DNA of 64,000 nt from Octopus vulgaris. Taxonomy: Eukaryota. Position 1 is the stretch's first letter, and each line of letters starts with the position of its first letter. Location of the stretch: assembly GCA_951406725.2 (NCBI GenBank), contig OX597815.1:50654001-50718000 (forward strand), read 5' to 3'. The notes beneath the pieces were generated by a model. That model was not told where the DNA came from, searched no databases, and saw only the letters and a list, made by a program, of their open reading frames with translations. A program made the translations under genes and the position numbers. Below are positions 26,801 through 41,556 of the stretch, one piece after another.

Positions 26801-29800
26801 ATGACAGATGTTTTCACCGTTAATATTTGTCCATATCTTTTACTTATTAGTCATGCAACATAAAATTCCTTAATTAAGTACAATTCTAACCAGCTGCCCA
26901 GCACTATTGTCTAACAGGAAACCAAATGGAAAAACACTAAATAAATGAATAAATAAATATTGGTGATTTTTTTCTGAATTGCTGATGAATAGAGTTAAAA
27001 ATCTTTTATGATAAGGGTTTTTCTAGAGTTTAGAGATATAGTATATTATATTCTCTGAGATGTAGCCATTAATGAACATAATACATAAAAGAGCACTATC
27101 AACACAAAATATGGGTTTTGCAGTTAGAAGAAATTTGATAATAAAATAATCATAGCAATATAAAATGACAATAAAAAAAACCACAAAAATAATATCTTTA
27201 TCCTGACAAAAACATACAGAAGAATAGCAGAGGCTATTTGTTTCTATTTTTAATTTTAAAAAGTAAAAAAGAAAGTATGCAATAAGTGAACATATAAATA
27301 CAAAAAAAGAATGAAAAATGATAAAAATTGTCTAAAAGAAAGAACTAATCAATCAATCCACTTGAAAGCAAACTTTACACAATATTTCATCAATAGCATA
27401 CAAATAATGTATTGATTTGTTCATTCTATGCAATTTTGTCACCACATAGCATTTTCAAAATGCCTTAGAGTAATTCAATTTTTAAAAATATCTATCTAAA
27501 ACTAAAGTGTATAGAGATTGAATAAAATAATGAGAGTAATAAATCTGGTGATTTACAATAATTGGGAGTGATCTAAGACACAAGATAGTAAATTTATTCA
27601 GACTTCCATCTTAATCATATTGTTCAAAACCTTGTCTGACCACCTAGTGTATGAATGAACAAGCATTACAATAAAACAGAACAAGATAATAAAAAAGTAA
27701 TATAATTATATTTATCAAATTCAGTTGTATATGATGTACAGAAAAAATTTCTAATATAAACTTTATAGTTTGTAGCTGTTACAATTTATCATTCTGCTTA
27801 CATGGCAAGTTTTCTACTTGCTGTAATGGCTTTTCTCAAACTTTATTCTGAAGAGCCCTGGGTTTCCATTCATAAAATATGGGCTTCCAGGTTTTATGGA
27901 AATATATGCATGTATGCACTTCGTTTTTTGATAATGATTCCTCAACATAAAAAAAATAAACCTTGAAATGATTCTCTCTTTAAGGGATTCATTCCCCTTA
28001 AAATGCAGTTCCCAGTAATACTACCACATGTTAATAAAAATTTATTTTATAAGAAGTTATATTCACCATTTTCAAATTAATTGGGTTTTTTTTTAAATGA
28101 GCAAATTCTTCCTCTAAAACACAAGTGTAGGGGTCGTCATCCATAAAACATAAACACATGTTCTGCAATTTTTAAGTAGATCACTCAAGGGTAGTGTAAC
28201 AAAATAAGTTGTGGAATCTTTGTACTATGTTGCATGTTTATTCTCTAATCCATTTTAATTTATCATGTTCTTAACTTCTACTTTTCTTAATTTTGGGGTC
28301 TGGGTATCCCAGTGTGAATGAAAGAATTAAGATAGTACTGAAAATATTTAAGAATATAAAAATAAAAGTTAAAAAAATTATATTTAAGAGATTAGATAAC
28401 ATTTCTTAATATCCATAACACTAAGTAAATTCTATTTTCAAGTCATTTCGAATGGTCTTGTGAATTCTTAAATTCAGTGTAAATTCTCTTTGTCCTATAG
28501 CTGGAATTCTTATAAGAGCTATCTTAGAGTCATAATTACTGCAAAATGGTTTTATAAGAATGAGAAATTAAAAACCAGTTAATTCTACTTTGGTATTAGT
28601 TTTATTAATTATGTAGAGATGGAAAATAAATTCAAGCCTTGTAGCAATTGGTTATGAAGCTTCAAAATATTAAGTATAACATCCCAATCATTTCTCTACC
28701 GCAATTGTCAACTCCACTAACTTTATTCCCCAAATTGCTGCAACCAGTAGCTATTTCACAGTTGCTTAGTTTGTTTTCTTTGCCACTTGTATTACTACAA
28801 TGAGAATAGCATCTGCTCTTCTCAACTCGTTAACTGCATAGCCTCTCCATTCAAGCCCATCTAACCTCATTTCACACTTGTTACTCAAGATCCTTCCCAG
28901 TCTTTTGTCACTAGTGCTTCAACTTACTAGAATTACCTCATCTGTCCATGTTTTTTCTATAGATGTCCAAGACTGAATATTAATAACCTCTATAAATCTC
29001 AGTAATCTAGAGAGGACTCTAAAGGTAATGACAACTATATTTCTTCCACTGAGTACTTTATATATTTTTTAAATGTCAGAATAAATTCAGGAAATTTGAA
29101 ACAATGAATGTTAACTTTATTATTTTAAAGTTTCATTTTCAAATTCATTTCTCTTTTTTAAAATTAATTTACATTTAATTATTCTGTGTTTGCTGGTTTA
29201 GATCATCATAAAAGTGCTTATATTTTGCTTCATCTGTAATTTCTAGAGTTTTAGCTGAATAGATCTTTTGTTACCAAGAAAAGAACCATCTATATAGTAA
29301 CCCAATTTACTAGAAAATACTGCTCAAATTTCCCAGAAAACACAGTAGTGCTTTTTAAAAGATGCATAGGATGATACATTCTGAGATACACCATTCTGGA
29401 AAGAAAATTGGAAGATCATGGCCTGAATGATCTGTGTTACCTCCCAGTTATTGTGTGTTGATTCTGGGCTAACTTGCGGCTAAACAATATTGACTGCTAT
29501 TTTATTTTGTTGAGAATTATCTTATGGTTATTGTATTGCAAATGTATACTTACAGGAAGTGAAGAGTAAAGTATGACATTTGTGGAATATTTGGCAATAA
29601 TGCATTGACAGAAATGATGTTCCACTTGGCCACCCATTAGTGAACTTCAGCAATGGAAGAATACCAGAAGGATTGAGCTTAATTTTAAGTAGAAGGACTA
29701 AGATATGAAACACGGGTCTACTATGCAACTATGCTTGTTTGGAGTAGAAAAATATATTGCAGTTATGATAGATGAGGTAGATAGATAGGCAGATAGATAG

Positions 29801-30109
29801 GAAGAGAGACAGACAGGTATACACACACACAAAAACAGAGAGAGAAAGTGATTACATCTGTGATTAAATATTATAGAATGATGGTGAACGGGCATTCGCC
29901 AATCATACCTTTTTTTTCTTTTTTTGAGGAATGCAGTCAAACATACTTGTGTATACCAACAGTTTTATCCCAAGATAAATGAGCAGTACTTCACTGTGCA
30001 TCATATTAAACTTTGTAGAGAGAAAGAATTCGGCAGTTGACCAATAACTGCATTATTTTTGAAGCCTGAAGAAAAATCTAGTCTTTGGGGTGAAGTTTTA
30101 GCTGTGTCA

Positions 30110-30422
30110 CCTGACTGGCACTCTGTCAATTATGACGAGGGTTACGGTTGAGCTGATCAATGGAACAGCCTGCTTGTGAAATTAACTTGCAAGTGGCTGA
30201 ACACTCCACAAACTTGTATACCCTTAATATAGTTCTCAGGGAGAATCAGCATGACACAGAGTATGACAAGACTGGCCCTTTGAAATACAGGTAGAACTCA
30301 TTTTTGCCAGTTGAGTGGACTGGAGCAATGTGAAATAAAGTGTCTTGCTCAGGTATACAATGTATCACTAGGGATTGAACTGGTGACCATATGATCATTA
30401 GTTGAATACTAAGCCATGCACC
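30110..30422 (-). mobile_element. SINE related to family C
   Basis: Shares GAGTGGACTGGAGCAATGTGAAATAAAGTGTCTTGCTCA with family C but has a different tail. Confidence 0.65.
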
Positions 30423-30975
30423 ATCATGCTATGTCACTTATATAAGGTCATAAAAATTTGCTTGGCCTAACATTTCTAGTAACTTTTAGTCAAATGCAAC
30501 ACAAAATCCCACTTCACATTTTTATAATTAATTAAAAAAGAATTGTATACCATAACACATAATGAGTTTATGGAAGATTTTAGGGATTATGGAACCCTTA
30601 GTTGATAGGTTTTTCAAGCAAAAAATTTAACTAATCCTTTAAGCATTACGATAAGCAGTAAGAGGCCATAGACACTGTCTGAAAGGGAAATACAAACATA
30701 GAAAGTAAATACGAGTATAAACTGCTGCTTATTTTACACTCCTTTTAGCATCAATAAAACAGATTGAAAATTACATTTTTCTCCTTTATTTTTAATCTCA
30801 ATATTTTATTAGATTATGAAAATTATGCCAAGGATAAGTACATAAAAGAATATAATTATCTTGTCTGCTGAACTTGCTTTATTTATATACATATGTACAC
30901 ACACACACACACACACACACATCCACACATCCACCATCATACATGCACATGTACATACACCCCCTACACATTTCC

Positions 30976-31019
<44 letters not shown>

Positions 31020-31246
31020 CTGCAAAAACAAATTCATATACATTTATATTAATATTTCACACACACACATATGTATATACATATATATATATGCACCTGA
31101 ACAGATATAGATATGCATATATCATATATACATAGTATTATGCATATATTGCATATATATGTGTGTAAGAGAGTATAATCTAAATATACACACTCAGAGA
31201 CACGTATACAGTCATACACATAATATTTATATAAATTCATACATGC

Positions 31247-31278
<32 letters not shown>

Positions 31279-32285
31279 ATATATAGATATATATACTTGT
31301 ATATATATATATACATTTATACACATACATACTTGCATATATCATATATATTTGCGTGTGCATACAAGTAGGTGAACAGATAGGTAAAGTTACACACAGA
31401 CAAATGCACACTTAATAAAATAATAACAAACAAACAACAAAATATAGGGTTTTCCCACTGAATAGAAATATATCAAAGTTCCCTGTCTTTTTTGCTTTCT
31501 TCTTTTTTTGTATTTTATAACTGTTGAATTTTTTCCCCTGTTTTTTATTCTATTATTTCTTATTTATTATAAAAGCAATCTATTCTGATTCATTTTCACT
31601 GAAATAATTTAAAAATGAAACAATGATTTTTAAATATGATATAGCTACTTGAATTTTTATTATCAGAAGATAAAATATGAATATAACTGTAGAATTCATA
31701 ATGCAAATGGGGATTTCATGTATTTATTTATGCATTTATTGTTTATACTTAAATGAATCTCAATTACCAATATAATTGTTGTTGTTATTTTATTCTTTCT
31801 CCTCTCGGCATTTATAAATATTTGTTAGCTTCAGTGCAATAATAGTTGCCATAAGTTTTATTCATTTACATCAAAGTGACGAACAAAAAGACGCTTATCT
31901 TTCAACAAAATAAATAACTAATAGTGAATATTTGGAGAAAATGTGTGTGTGTGTGCATGCACGCATGTTTGTGTGTGTTTACAGACATATACACATAAAT
32001 ATATATACATACCCACATATATATACACCTTCCTATACACACATACATACATACATACACAAACATATATATGCATATATATATATAAATATATATATGT
32101 ATGTATGTATATGTATATGTATGTATGTATGCATATTAATACATATTTAAAATACATATAAAAAATATTCGGTAAACATATGCTCAGATTAAATTGTCCT
32201 GTGTATATTTTTATGACTGTGCTCTTATATACATATACAGTTTTACATCATATATGTATGTAATGTAATGTGTGATGTGTGTCTG

Positions 32286-32325
<40 letters not shown>

Positions 32326-32984
32326 TGTGATGAGTATATAAGTGTGTCTGTATCTATGCATGTGAGTTGTATGTTTGTGGAGGTGTATCGCCATATATAT
32401 TTATATATTATATGCAACTATAAATTTATATTGATACATGAATCATATACAAGTTGGCTTATTATTTCAACTAATAAATAAGAAAACAAATAAAAGTACA
32501 CACATAAATGCATATGAACATATAGACACAATCACACTTCTCTACCCTACCCTCTTTCTCCTCTCTTTTCTGTCTCTCTCTCTCTCCCTCTCTTTCTCTT
32601 AACCTTACAATCTATTTATCTATCTATATTTTCAATTCCCAACACACATTACACCCCCGTTCATTCACACAAATACAGACCGACATTTACACAGGAAAGA
32701 ACATAAGCATAGATATTTATACATTTGACAAACAAGAACTATTAATTAAATGATAGGCATGTTATGATGCTTGTGAACTCTGGTGGATCTACCTCAGTTG
32801 ATTTATTAAATAAAAGATATAATTACTTTTGAGAGAAGCAGTGTTGTGGCTGACAAAATGTTTTAACATTGGAGTATAAAAATAATTGGCAATTCAATGA
32901 AGGAGATGGGAAAGGAAGAGAGGAAAATCAAAAGAGAAAGAGATAGATAGACAGAGAGAGAAAGAAATAGACAGACAGAGAGAG

Positions 32985-33025
<41 letters not shown>

Positions 33026-34692
33026 CGTGTTTTAAAAATATTGATTCCAGTAAAATTAGATAGAAATGAAGAATATCAAGGAAGAACAGAACATCCCATA
33101 GGTAAAAGGAAAACGAATTAGACATTATAACACTAGCAGGAAAACAATTATAGAGTTCTCTTGACAATAAAATTAACTTATGAAACAATTGTAATCATTC
33201 AGTGATGAGCACTGTTTTTCTGTGAAATTTATTGCTTAGTTATACTTATTATTGAAATCTATGATTGCTGCTACAGTTTAATCAGCTTATATTGTTGGTA
33301 GGCTAAAAGGCCGACTGAATGACAATCAAAAGGTTTGTTTGCATTTAATTCCCAATAAGGAGACTATTTTAATATACAATGATAAATAAAGCTAAGCAGC
33401 AGAATTTCAGAGTTTGATCTATGTGAACTAAGTTTGAAGTTGTTGTTTATTGTTTAACCTTATACCAGCCTGTGATCAAAAGCATTCTAACCATGACCAT
33501 CTTGTCTTTTTTTCCAGTCATTTTGTACCCCACCCTATCTTATCTAATGTTTTGTTTTTACTTTAGTGATGGTAGGTTGTAGTAGTTTTTAGGTGAGATT
33601 TGGTTGGTATTTCTAGCAGATCATTGACATCAGCCAGTAATCAAAGGTATTCAAACCCCTTAAGGGGAAAACAAGTCCTTCAAAACTTGCATGGTTTTAA
33701 TTGTAAAACTTAGTTGATGAAACAATTAACAAATCTGATTTTCATGCAGCAAAATTTAGTCTTGACATTTTTGATACATATTCATATTCTGTCTGACCCA
33801 TGCAAGCATTCAAAAGTGGATGCTAAACAATGATGATGATGATGACGACGACGACAATGCCGACAATAAGGAAGATGATGACAATGATGATGATGATGAT
33901 GCTGGTGTGATAAATTAGAAGCAATTTCCAGGTTGATAACATTTATAATCATTTGTAATCCAATGTTGCTCCTTCCAGCTGCCAAGCAATTACCATTACC
34001 AAACTATAATCACATCAAAATTACCAAACTGTAATCTCATCAGAAAAACTCGTCAGTTTTTTGGGGGGGGGTTTTGTTGGGTTACAATGAGCTTCATTCT
34101 TTGATCCTCATCCATTTTCCTGTTCATTTTTGTCTGGTCTGGTTCTAAATAACTATGAAAAAAAATTGTAAACATGATGGCAATGATAAAATGCAAGTTC
34201 TTTACGTAAGAAACCATAATCTTATCCCTTTAGTCAGCTGCATCTACTCACTTTACCTAATCCTTCATCCCAGAACATCAACCCTCTGGAATTACTGCAC
34301 CCTCTCTTTGTGCTCTTTTTCTCTAGACATCGACTTGCAGATGTCCAGGTTGAATATAGACACAATGCTGGATTAACCACCAAGCAAAATAAGCACATGC
34401 TTAAGGCATTACAGGAAGGGTTGGGCAGCACAGAAATGATAAATGGTTTATGGCACAAAAGATATCATTTTATAGTTAATAGAATATCATTTAAAGTGGT
34501 TTATATGATCAGAAATATAATTTCAAAGTATTCATGGTGTCATAGTGAAGTTCTGATCATAGTCTTTGCCATTAAAAAAATGTATGAGAAAACTTATTAA
34601 ATATATATATAAGTAAAAGTATGCAAAAATAAATATTATTTTCTATCTTACTGTTAGTTTTGTTTCATTTTAGCAAATATAAAAAATATTTT

Positions 34693-35110
34693 CATCATCA
34701 TTATCATTTAATGTCTATTTGCCATGGCTGGAAAGTCAATCAGGGGCTGGTCAGCTGAAGAGATGCCTGGGCTCCATGTCTGTTTTTGGCATGATTTCTA
34801 TGGCTGGATGCCCTTCCTAATGCCAACCACTTTACAGTGTGTATTGGATGCTTGTATGTGGCACCAGCACAGGTGCTTTTACATGGCACTGGCATGGGTG
34901 TTTTTTACATGAGCCCATGAGATTAGGATCATTCAGGTGAAGAGAGATGTAGGGAACATTTCCTGCATGCAAGGACAACCGCAATTTTACTTAGCTTGAA
35001 GTGTCTTCTCCAGCATAGCAAACTGCCAGAAGTCTCAGTCTCTTGTCATCCCTGCTTTGAGGTCTGATGTCTAAAGATTCTTTCCCCATCCCTTCCACAT
35101 ATTCTCATTG
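34693..35110 (-). mobile_element. RTE-type 3' tail, degenerate
   Basis: GGCTGGATGCCCTTCCTAATGCCAACCAC motif and CAT tail. Confidence 0.7.
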
Positions 35111-36116
35111 GACCATTGGAATGCAGCTTATTTCAGTTTCTTGCAGATGTCCAGGTTGAACATAAACACAATGCTGGATTAACCACTGAGCAAAATAAGC
35201 ACACGCATAAGGCATTACGGGAAGTGTAGGGCAGCACAGAAATGATAAATGGCTTATGGCACATAGGATATCATTTCATACCTAATAGAATATCATTTGA
35301 TCTATATGATCAGAAAGGCTCTCCACTAGATGGAACACTGTCTGTTGCAAAGTTTAACCCTTGATGCTGTTGAGGTTAAACTTTGCTGATGATTGAACTG
35401 AAGCAACATGAAATGAAGTGCCTTGCTCAAGATACGAATGTACTACTCAACTGAGAAGTCAAACCTGTGCCCTTACAATTGTGATTTCTCCAATGGTTAA
35501 GACATTTTATAAAAAAAACCCCAGTGAACTAACGGTTCAAAGAAACCAAACCATGGTGATGATGATGATGATTACTACTGTCCCACCATCACAACTGCCA
35601 TTACTTTCCTTATGATCTCATTGGGAAAAATAGGGAAAAGATAAAAGTAAAGGAGTGAGTCTGTAGACAGATTATGCCTGAACAAAATACAACATAGTTA
35701 CCACAAGATTTGCAAATTAATAGAAAATGCTCATTTGAGTTATTGACCTCACTATCACATGGGAAAATTATTGATCAATGATGAATGTTCCTTACGTGTG
35801 CATATGCATACATACATAAATATGTGTGTATGTGTATATATATATATATACACACATGCACACATATATGTATGTTGCATGTATGTATGTATGTTTGTAT
35901 GTATGTATGTATGTATGTATGTGTGTGTGTGTGATTATATATATATATATATATGTATGCATGTATGTATATTAAGATACATGATATACATGTAGATAAT
36001 TTGACCACACAAAGCTATATGTGATGGTTTCAAATTTTGTCACAAGGCCAGCAATTTTGAGCTAGTTGGGCAAGTTGATTACTCTGACCCCACTGCTCAA
36101 ATGGAATTTATTTCAG

Positions 36117-36880
36117 GCACACTAAATTTTAACATTCTAGCTCACTTTTACTGTTTACAGTAGTGCTTGGAAGGAACATGTGTAGTGTGTGGCCATCACA
36201 TTGACCATGACAGAGAAAGTTGAGCAGAGAATCTGCATCAAATTTTGCCAAAAATTTGGAGATACCTGCTCTGAGGCCTATACAAACTTTTCAAAAAATT
36301 TTTATTGTTCACGACACAATCAAGGAGATCTTGTGCAACTGAAACCCGAGTGTCCTTTTGGTCAGCTGATAGCAGTTTTGTCACAAGCTTGGCGGACACA
36401 CATCATGTACCTCAATCTTCAGTGATAATAGACTGAACTGAACTATAACTAATCTGCACATCCTTTGATAACTCATGGGTGGTGATTTGACGATTTCTCC
36501 TCATACCTGCACACACATCTGTGATTCTTTTTTTCAGGTCTGCTGGTTGTGGGTCTTCCAGAATGTTCATCAATATCGACATAATTTTCGGCCATCTTGA
36601 AAACATCTGACCTACTCATACACTTGTGTATGGCTCATACACTCCTCTCCATACATTTTCTGCAACTTTGTGTAGGTATCATCATGACAACTTTCTCTGT
36701 CATGGTCAATGTGATGATCCTTCCAAGCACTGCTGTGAACAGCAGAAGCGGGCTAGAACGTTAAAATTTAGTGCACGTGCACAGCAAATTTCAAGGTCAA
36801 TCTTTGCCAAGCAGCTTCACTCTGCGTGCTTTAGCTTCTTTACTATGGCAACAGTCCGGATACTTATTGATCACACCTTA
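36117..36880 (-). mobile_element. mariner 5' half with an inverted duplication of its 5' region
   Basis: TIR TA-TAAGGTGTGATCAATAAGTATCCGGACT at 36880 (- strand). - strand peptides RQITTHELSKDVQISYSSVQSIITED and VSAKLVTKLLSADQKDTRV. The + strand copy encodes MTEKVEQRICIKFCQKFGDT. Confidence 0.8.
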
Positions 36881-36887
36881 TATATAT

Positions 36888-37048
36888 ATCATCATCATCA
36901 TCATCATCGTTTAACGTCCGCTTTCCATGCTAGCATGGGTTGGACGGTTCAACTGGGGTCTGGCAAGCCCAAAGGCTGCACCAGGCCAGTCAGATCTGGC
37001 AGTGTTTCTACAGCTGGATGCCCTTCCTAACGCCAACCACTTCGAGAG
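36888..37048 (-). mobile_element. RTE-type 3' tail (young)
   Basis: Near-identical to 5207-5365. Confidence 0.8.
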
Positions 37049-37134
37049 TATATATGCAAACACACCAACACCAGTTGTCAAGCAGTAGTGGTAGACAAAC
37101 ACAGATACCATCACACACACACATATATTTTTTT

Positions 37135-37563
37135 AATCTTTTACCTGATTTAGTCATTAGATTGTGGCTATGATGTGTCACCACCTTGAAGAATCTTATT
37201 TTTAGCTGAATGAATCAACCCAAGTACTTATTTTTTAAAGCCTGATACTTATTTTATCAGTCTCTTTTGCCAAAAAATCTATGTTACGGGGATGCAAACA
37301 TAGATTGATACCAGTTGTTAAGCAAAACACACACATACACATACATGCATATACATATACATACATGGTTCTGGGTTCAGTCCCACTACATGACACTTTG
37401 GATGAGTGTCTTCTACTAGAGCCTCAGTTTCCATCTACTAAATCTACTGACAAGATTTTGGACAGCCCAAGCCTCTAACAGAACAGAAGACATTTGCCCA
37501 AGGTTCCACCCATTGGTACTGAACCTGGAACCATGTGGTTGAGAAGTAATTCTCTTAGCACAC

Positions 37564-37597
<34 letters not shown>

Positions 37598-37600
37598 GGC
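37135..37600 (-). mobile_element. SINE family A, degenerate, with a small opposite-strand head fragment at about 37362-37420
   Basis: Family A tail and head motifs. Confidence 0.65.
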
Positions 37601-37761
37601 TGTGAGAATTTATTAACTGCAGAGTAATTTCCAATCTCAGCACACCAAAGTGAAGGCATTTGAAAGATACACCTAAATATAATTGTAGAACTTTATACAT
37701 GCTAGATTTCAGTTGAGCATTCTGTGATTAGTTCTGGAAATTATGTTTTGTAAACAACAGA

Positions 37762-37835
37762 CTATGCTGACGATCTTGCAGATATTTGTGTGTTCATATA
37801 CGTAAATATTAACAAATGAAACCAATGGTACATAG
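37762..37835 (+). ncRNA. Type I hammerhead ribozyme motif (canonical core, stem II base damaged)
   Basis: CUAUG CUGACGA [UCUUG..GAUAUUUG/UAAAUAUU..CAAAU] GAA ACC-AAU-GGU A CAUAG. Perfect stem I CUAUG/CAUAG and a GUA triplet. Confidence 0.7.
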
Positions 37836-38093
37836 GTAGTCATTTTTTATTTCGTATATTTTCATTTTTCTTGCTTATTTTTAAATTTTGGTTTTTTGCT
37901 GAGATTTTTCTTGAGAACGCATTCTTCATGGTAATGGCGATTTGAAGTTTATGTTTAGCATACAGACTGTCCACTTTGGTAATCAGTCCTCTAAATTCTG
38001 TATGTAACACAATTTTTTAAAATTTGCTAAGCCACTGGTTTTAATTGATTAATATCAATTTCTACCCTTATTATTTAATTTTATATATATATA

Positions 38094-38393
38094 TCATGTG
38101 ACCGACCAGACTATCAGATGTTGCTAGACATCGCTGGTCACAATGCGCTTTGCATTGTTTTAGCCTTCAAATGATGCCACCCCGCTGGCTAACCGAGCAG
38201 GCCAACAGAAGAAACAGTGAGAGAAAGTTTGACGAAAGAGTACAGCAGGGATCGCCACCACCCCCTGCTGGAGCCTTGTGGAGCTTTAGGTGTTTTCGCT
38301 CAATAAACACTCACAACGCCCAGTCTGGGAATCGAAAACGTAATCCTACGACCGCGAGTCCGCTGCCCGAACCACTGGACCATTGCACTTCCA
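38094..38393 (-). mobile_element. tRNA-derived SINE, family D, in a (TA)n tract
   Basis: - strand head GCAATGGTCCAGTGGTTCGGGCAGCGGACTCGCGGTCGTAGGATTACGTTTTCGATTCCC with A/B boxes. CpG-rich. Confidence 0.75.
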
Positions 38394-38809
38394 CATATAT
38401 ATATATATAAATATCTGAGTCCCCAATAGAAAAGCAAAAGATAGATCTACCACTCGTTAATTTAGAGTCGATCTATCATAGGTAATATTCCCACAACCCA
38501 TCCCTGAAATTGCTGGTTTTGTGCCAAAATTTGAAACCAATATTCCCATAAGAACTGCTTTATCATTTCACACAGTCCCTTCATGTAGTTCTTCAACTTG
38601 CTAGTAATAGCAGCCAATCCCACTCACTATCAAATAACAACTTGCCTTCTTAAAAATTGATTTGTTAGACAATCTACGTCAAGATATATTACATTTGGAG
38701 AGAAAATAGCAGGTTGAATACTAAGGAGACATATTTTATTATTGATCTGGTAAATCATAGATGAGCTTGAATTAAAGAACAATAACAATTAAAGTAAGTA
38801 GACCATATC

Positions 38810-39222
38810 AATCACTTAAAATGGATGGAACTTGTGGAAGAGGTAGACTCAGGAAGACATTGGATGAAGTACTGAAGGCCAATTTCAAGACACTGAGCTG
38901 GACAAAGAAGACGACTAAGGACCAATATATCTGGCATATTGCTGTACTCAAGAAAACCCATCTGCCACAGCAGAATTGATACTGGTGTTGGTGCCACATA
39001 AAAAGCATTCATTCTGGTGTCATGTTAAAAGCTCTGGTGCTGGTGCCACATAAAACGCATCCAGTGCACTCTGTGGAGTGGTTGACATTAGGAAGGGCAT
39101 CCAACCACAGAAACCATGCTACAACAGACAATGTAGCCTGGTGTGACCCTACCATACTAGTTCCAGTCAAACCAACCAACCATGCCAGCATGGAAAATGG
39201 ACTCTAAGTTATGATGATGATT
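38810..39222 (+). mobile_element. RTE-clade LINE 3' end
   Basis: Translation MDGTCGRGRLRKTLDEVLK...TKDQYIW resembles the RTE C-terminal GRP.K.W motif. 3' UTR and (GAT)n tail follow. Confidence 0.75.
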
Positions 39223-39554
39223 ATGAGGTTCCAACCCAATGCTGTAACCATGCTGGGACACTGCCATTCAAAAGAAGACCAGCAGAAACTTCATTAATTT
39301 TCTTGCATAAGATTTGAACTGTTGAAAGATGATTATTTAGCTCAGTCTAGTACTTCATTCACTTGGTTATTTTGTGTTTACGAGGAATAAAAATTTTCTA
39401 TCATCAAATAAAGTTCATTGGAATTAAATATTTTAGAAAATAGGAAGAAAATAATACTTTTATGCCTGAAAAAGAATTGTGTTTGAATTTATTGAAGAAT
39501 CCATTTCCATATACAGACTTAATCCTCACATTCATCAAACTAGTCTATGCCATT

Positions 39555-40245
<691 letters not shown>

Positions 40246-41556
40246 AAGAAAAATAATAGAATTACTGCTTTAACAACATAGGCAATTTAACTTACTTTAA
40301 TTTTCTTTTTAGTGAAATAAAACAGAGTCTTTGTGTTGGAATAAGTTCAAAACAAACCATGAGTGACTTTGAAGTTGTGAAATAGGTCTTGTAAAAGACA
40401 TGGCTTTTTCTTCTTTTTTTATAATTCTTCCTTTTCTTTTTTTTTTATTTTTCATTCAGCAAAAATCTTTTAGCAGAACAACATTTAATGTACAAACCAT
40501 GAACTGTCTTTAGGACAATAGCATTCTCAATTATAAATAACATAAAGATTTTATTGCATTACTTGGACAATAATTTCAATACTCTGTTCAAAGATTAAAT
40601 GAATATGTTAAAAGCTTCTTTTATTTTTGACATTCTAGCAGAATATATGATTTTTAACTGAAATTTAATTTATTTCGACATTATATATACAGCAGTGACC
40701 TTTTGCTGCTGACTAATTCAAAAATATATTGATGATGATATTTAAAAAACAGAAATACAAAAAAAAAAATCTATTTGTTTGATTAATTTATTATATCAAC
40801 ATCAGCTATATGTAATTGGAATGTTTTATATAATATAGTTTTTAAAAATATGACCTCACAGTTGAATTCACTCTCAGAAATGACTACTTTTTACCCACCA
40901 TAACTTTTACATTTTAGAAGAATTTTCTGCTACATCTATCTTTGTGCAATGATGGGATACTTTTTTTTTTTGCATTTTAGTAACTGTGATCTTTATAGAT
41001 ATAACTGCTATAACTATACATACATTTGTGTGTTTGGTTGCATCTGTAGTTATATTGGTAATGTTAACAATAACACCACACATGTATACATACTTAAATA
41101 CATGTGTGTGTATATTTATATATGTGTATAATAAATGAATATACATATATATACATATATGTGTGTGATACGTGTTTGTGTGTATATATATATATATATA
41201 TATATTGGAAACCTAGGGAATAATAGCCTAAACGGAAGAAGTATTTTCATCTGGAAAAATATAATACATATATTTATGCATATGTATATATGCATACATA
41301 CATATACACACATATAAGTATATATATATATATATATATATATATCACCCATGCTTGCATGAAAGGTGGACATTAAACGATGATGATGATAATGATACAT
41401 ACATATTCAAATGCTCACTCATGCACACATCTATATTTACGTGTGCTTGTGTGTGTAGTGTCTGTATATCTAAGTCACTGTTTCGAACAGAAAACTAGAT
41501 AATCCGATGATCTAAGACAAGTAAAATATATTCTTCTAATGACAACTTATTCATGC

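Noticed and set aside
38320-38393. tRNA gene
   Set aside because: The tRNA-like head runs into a SINE body, with no complete cloverleaf or terminator.
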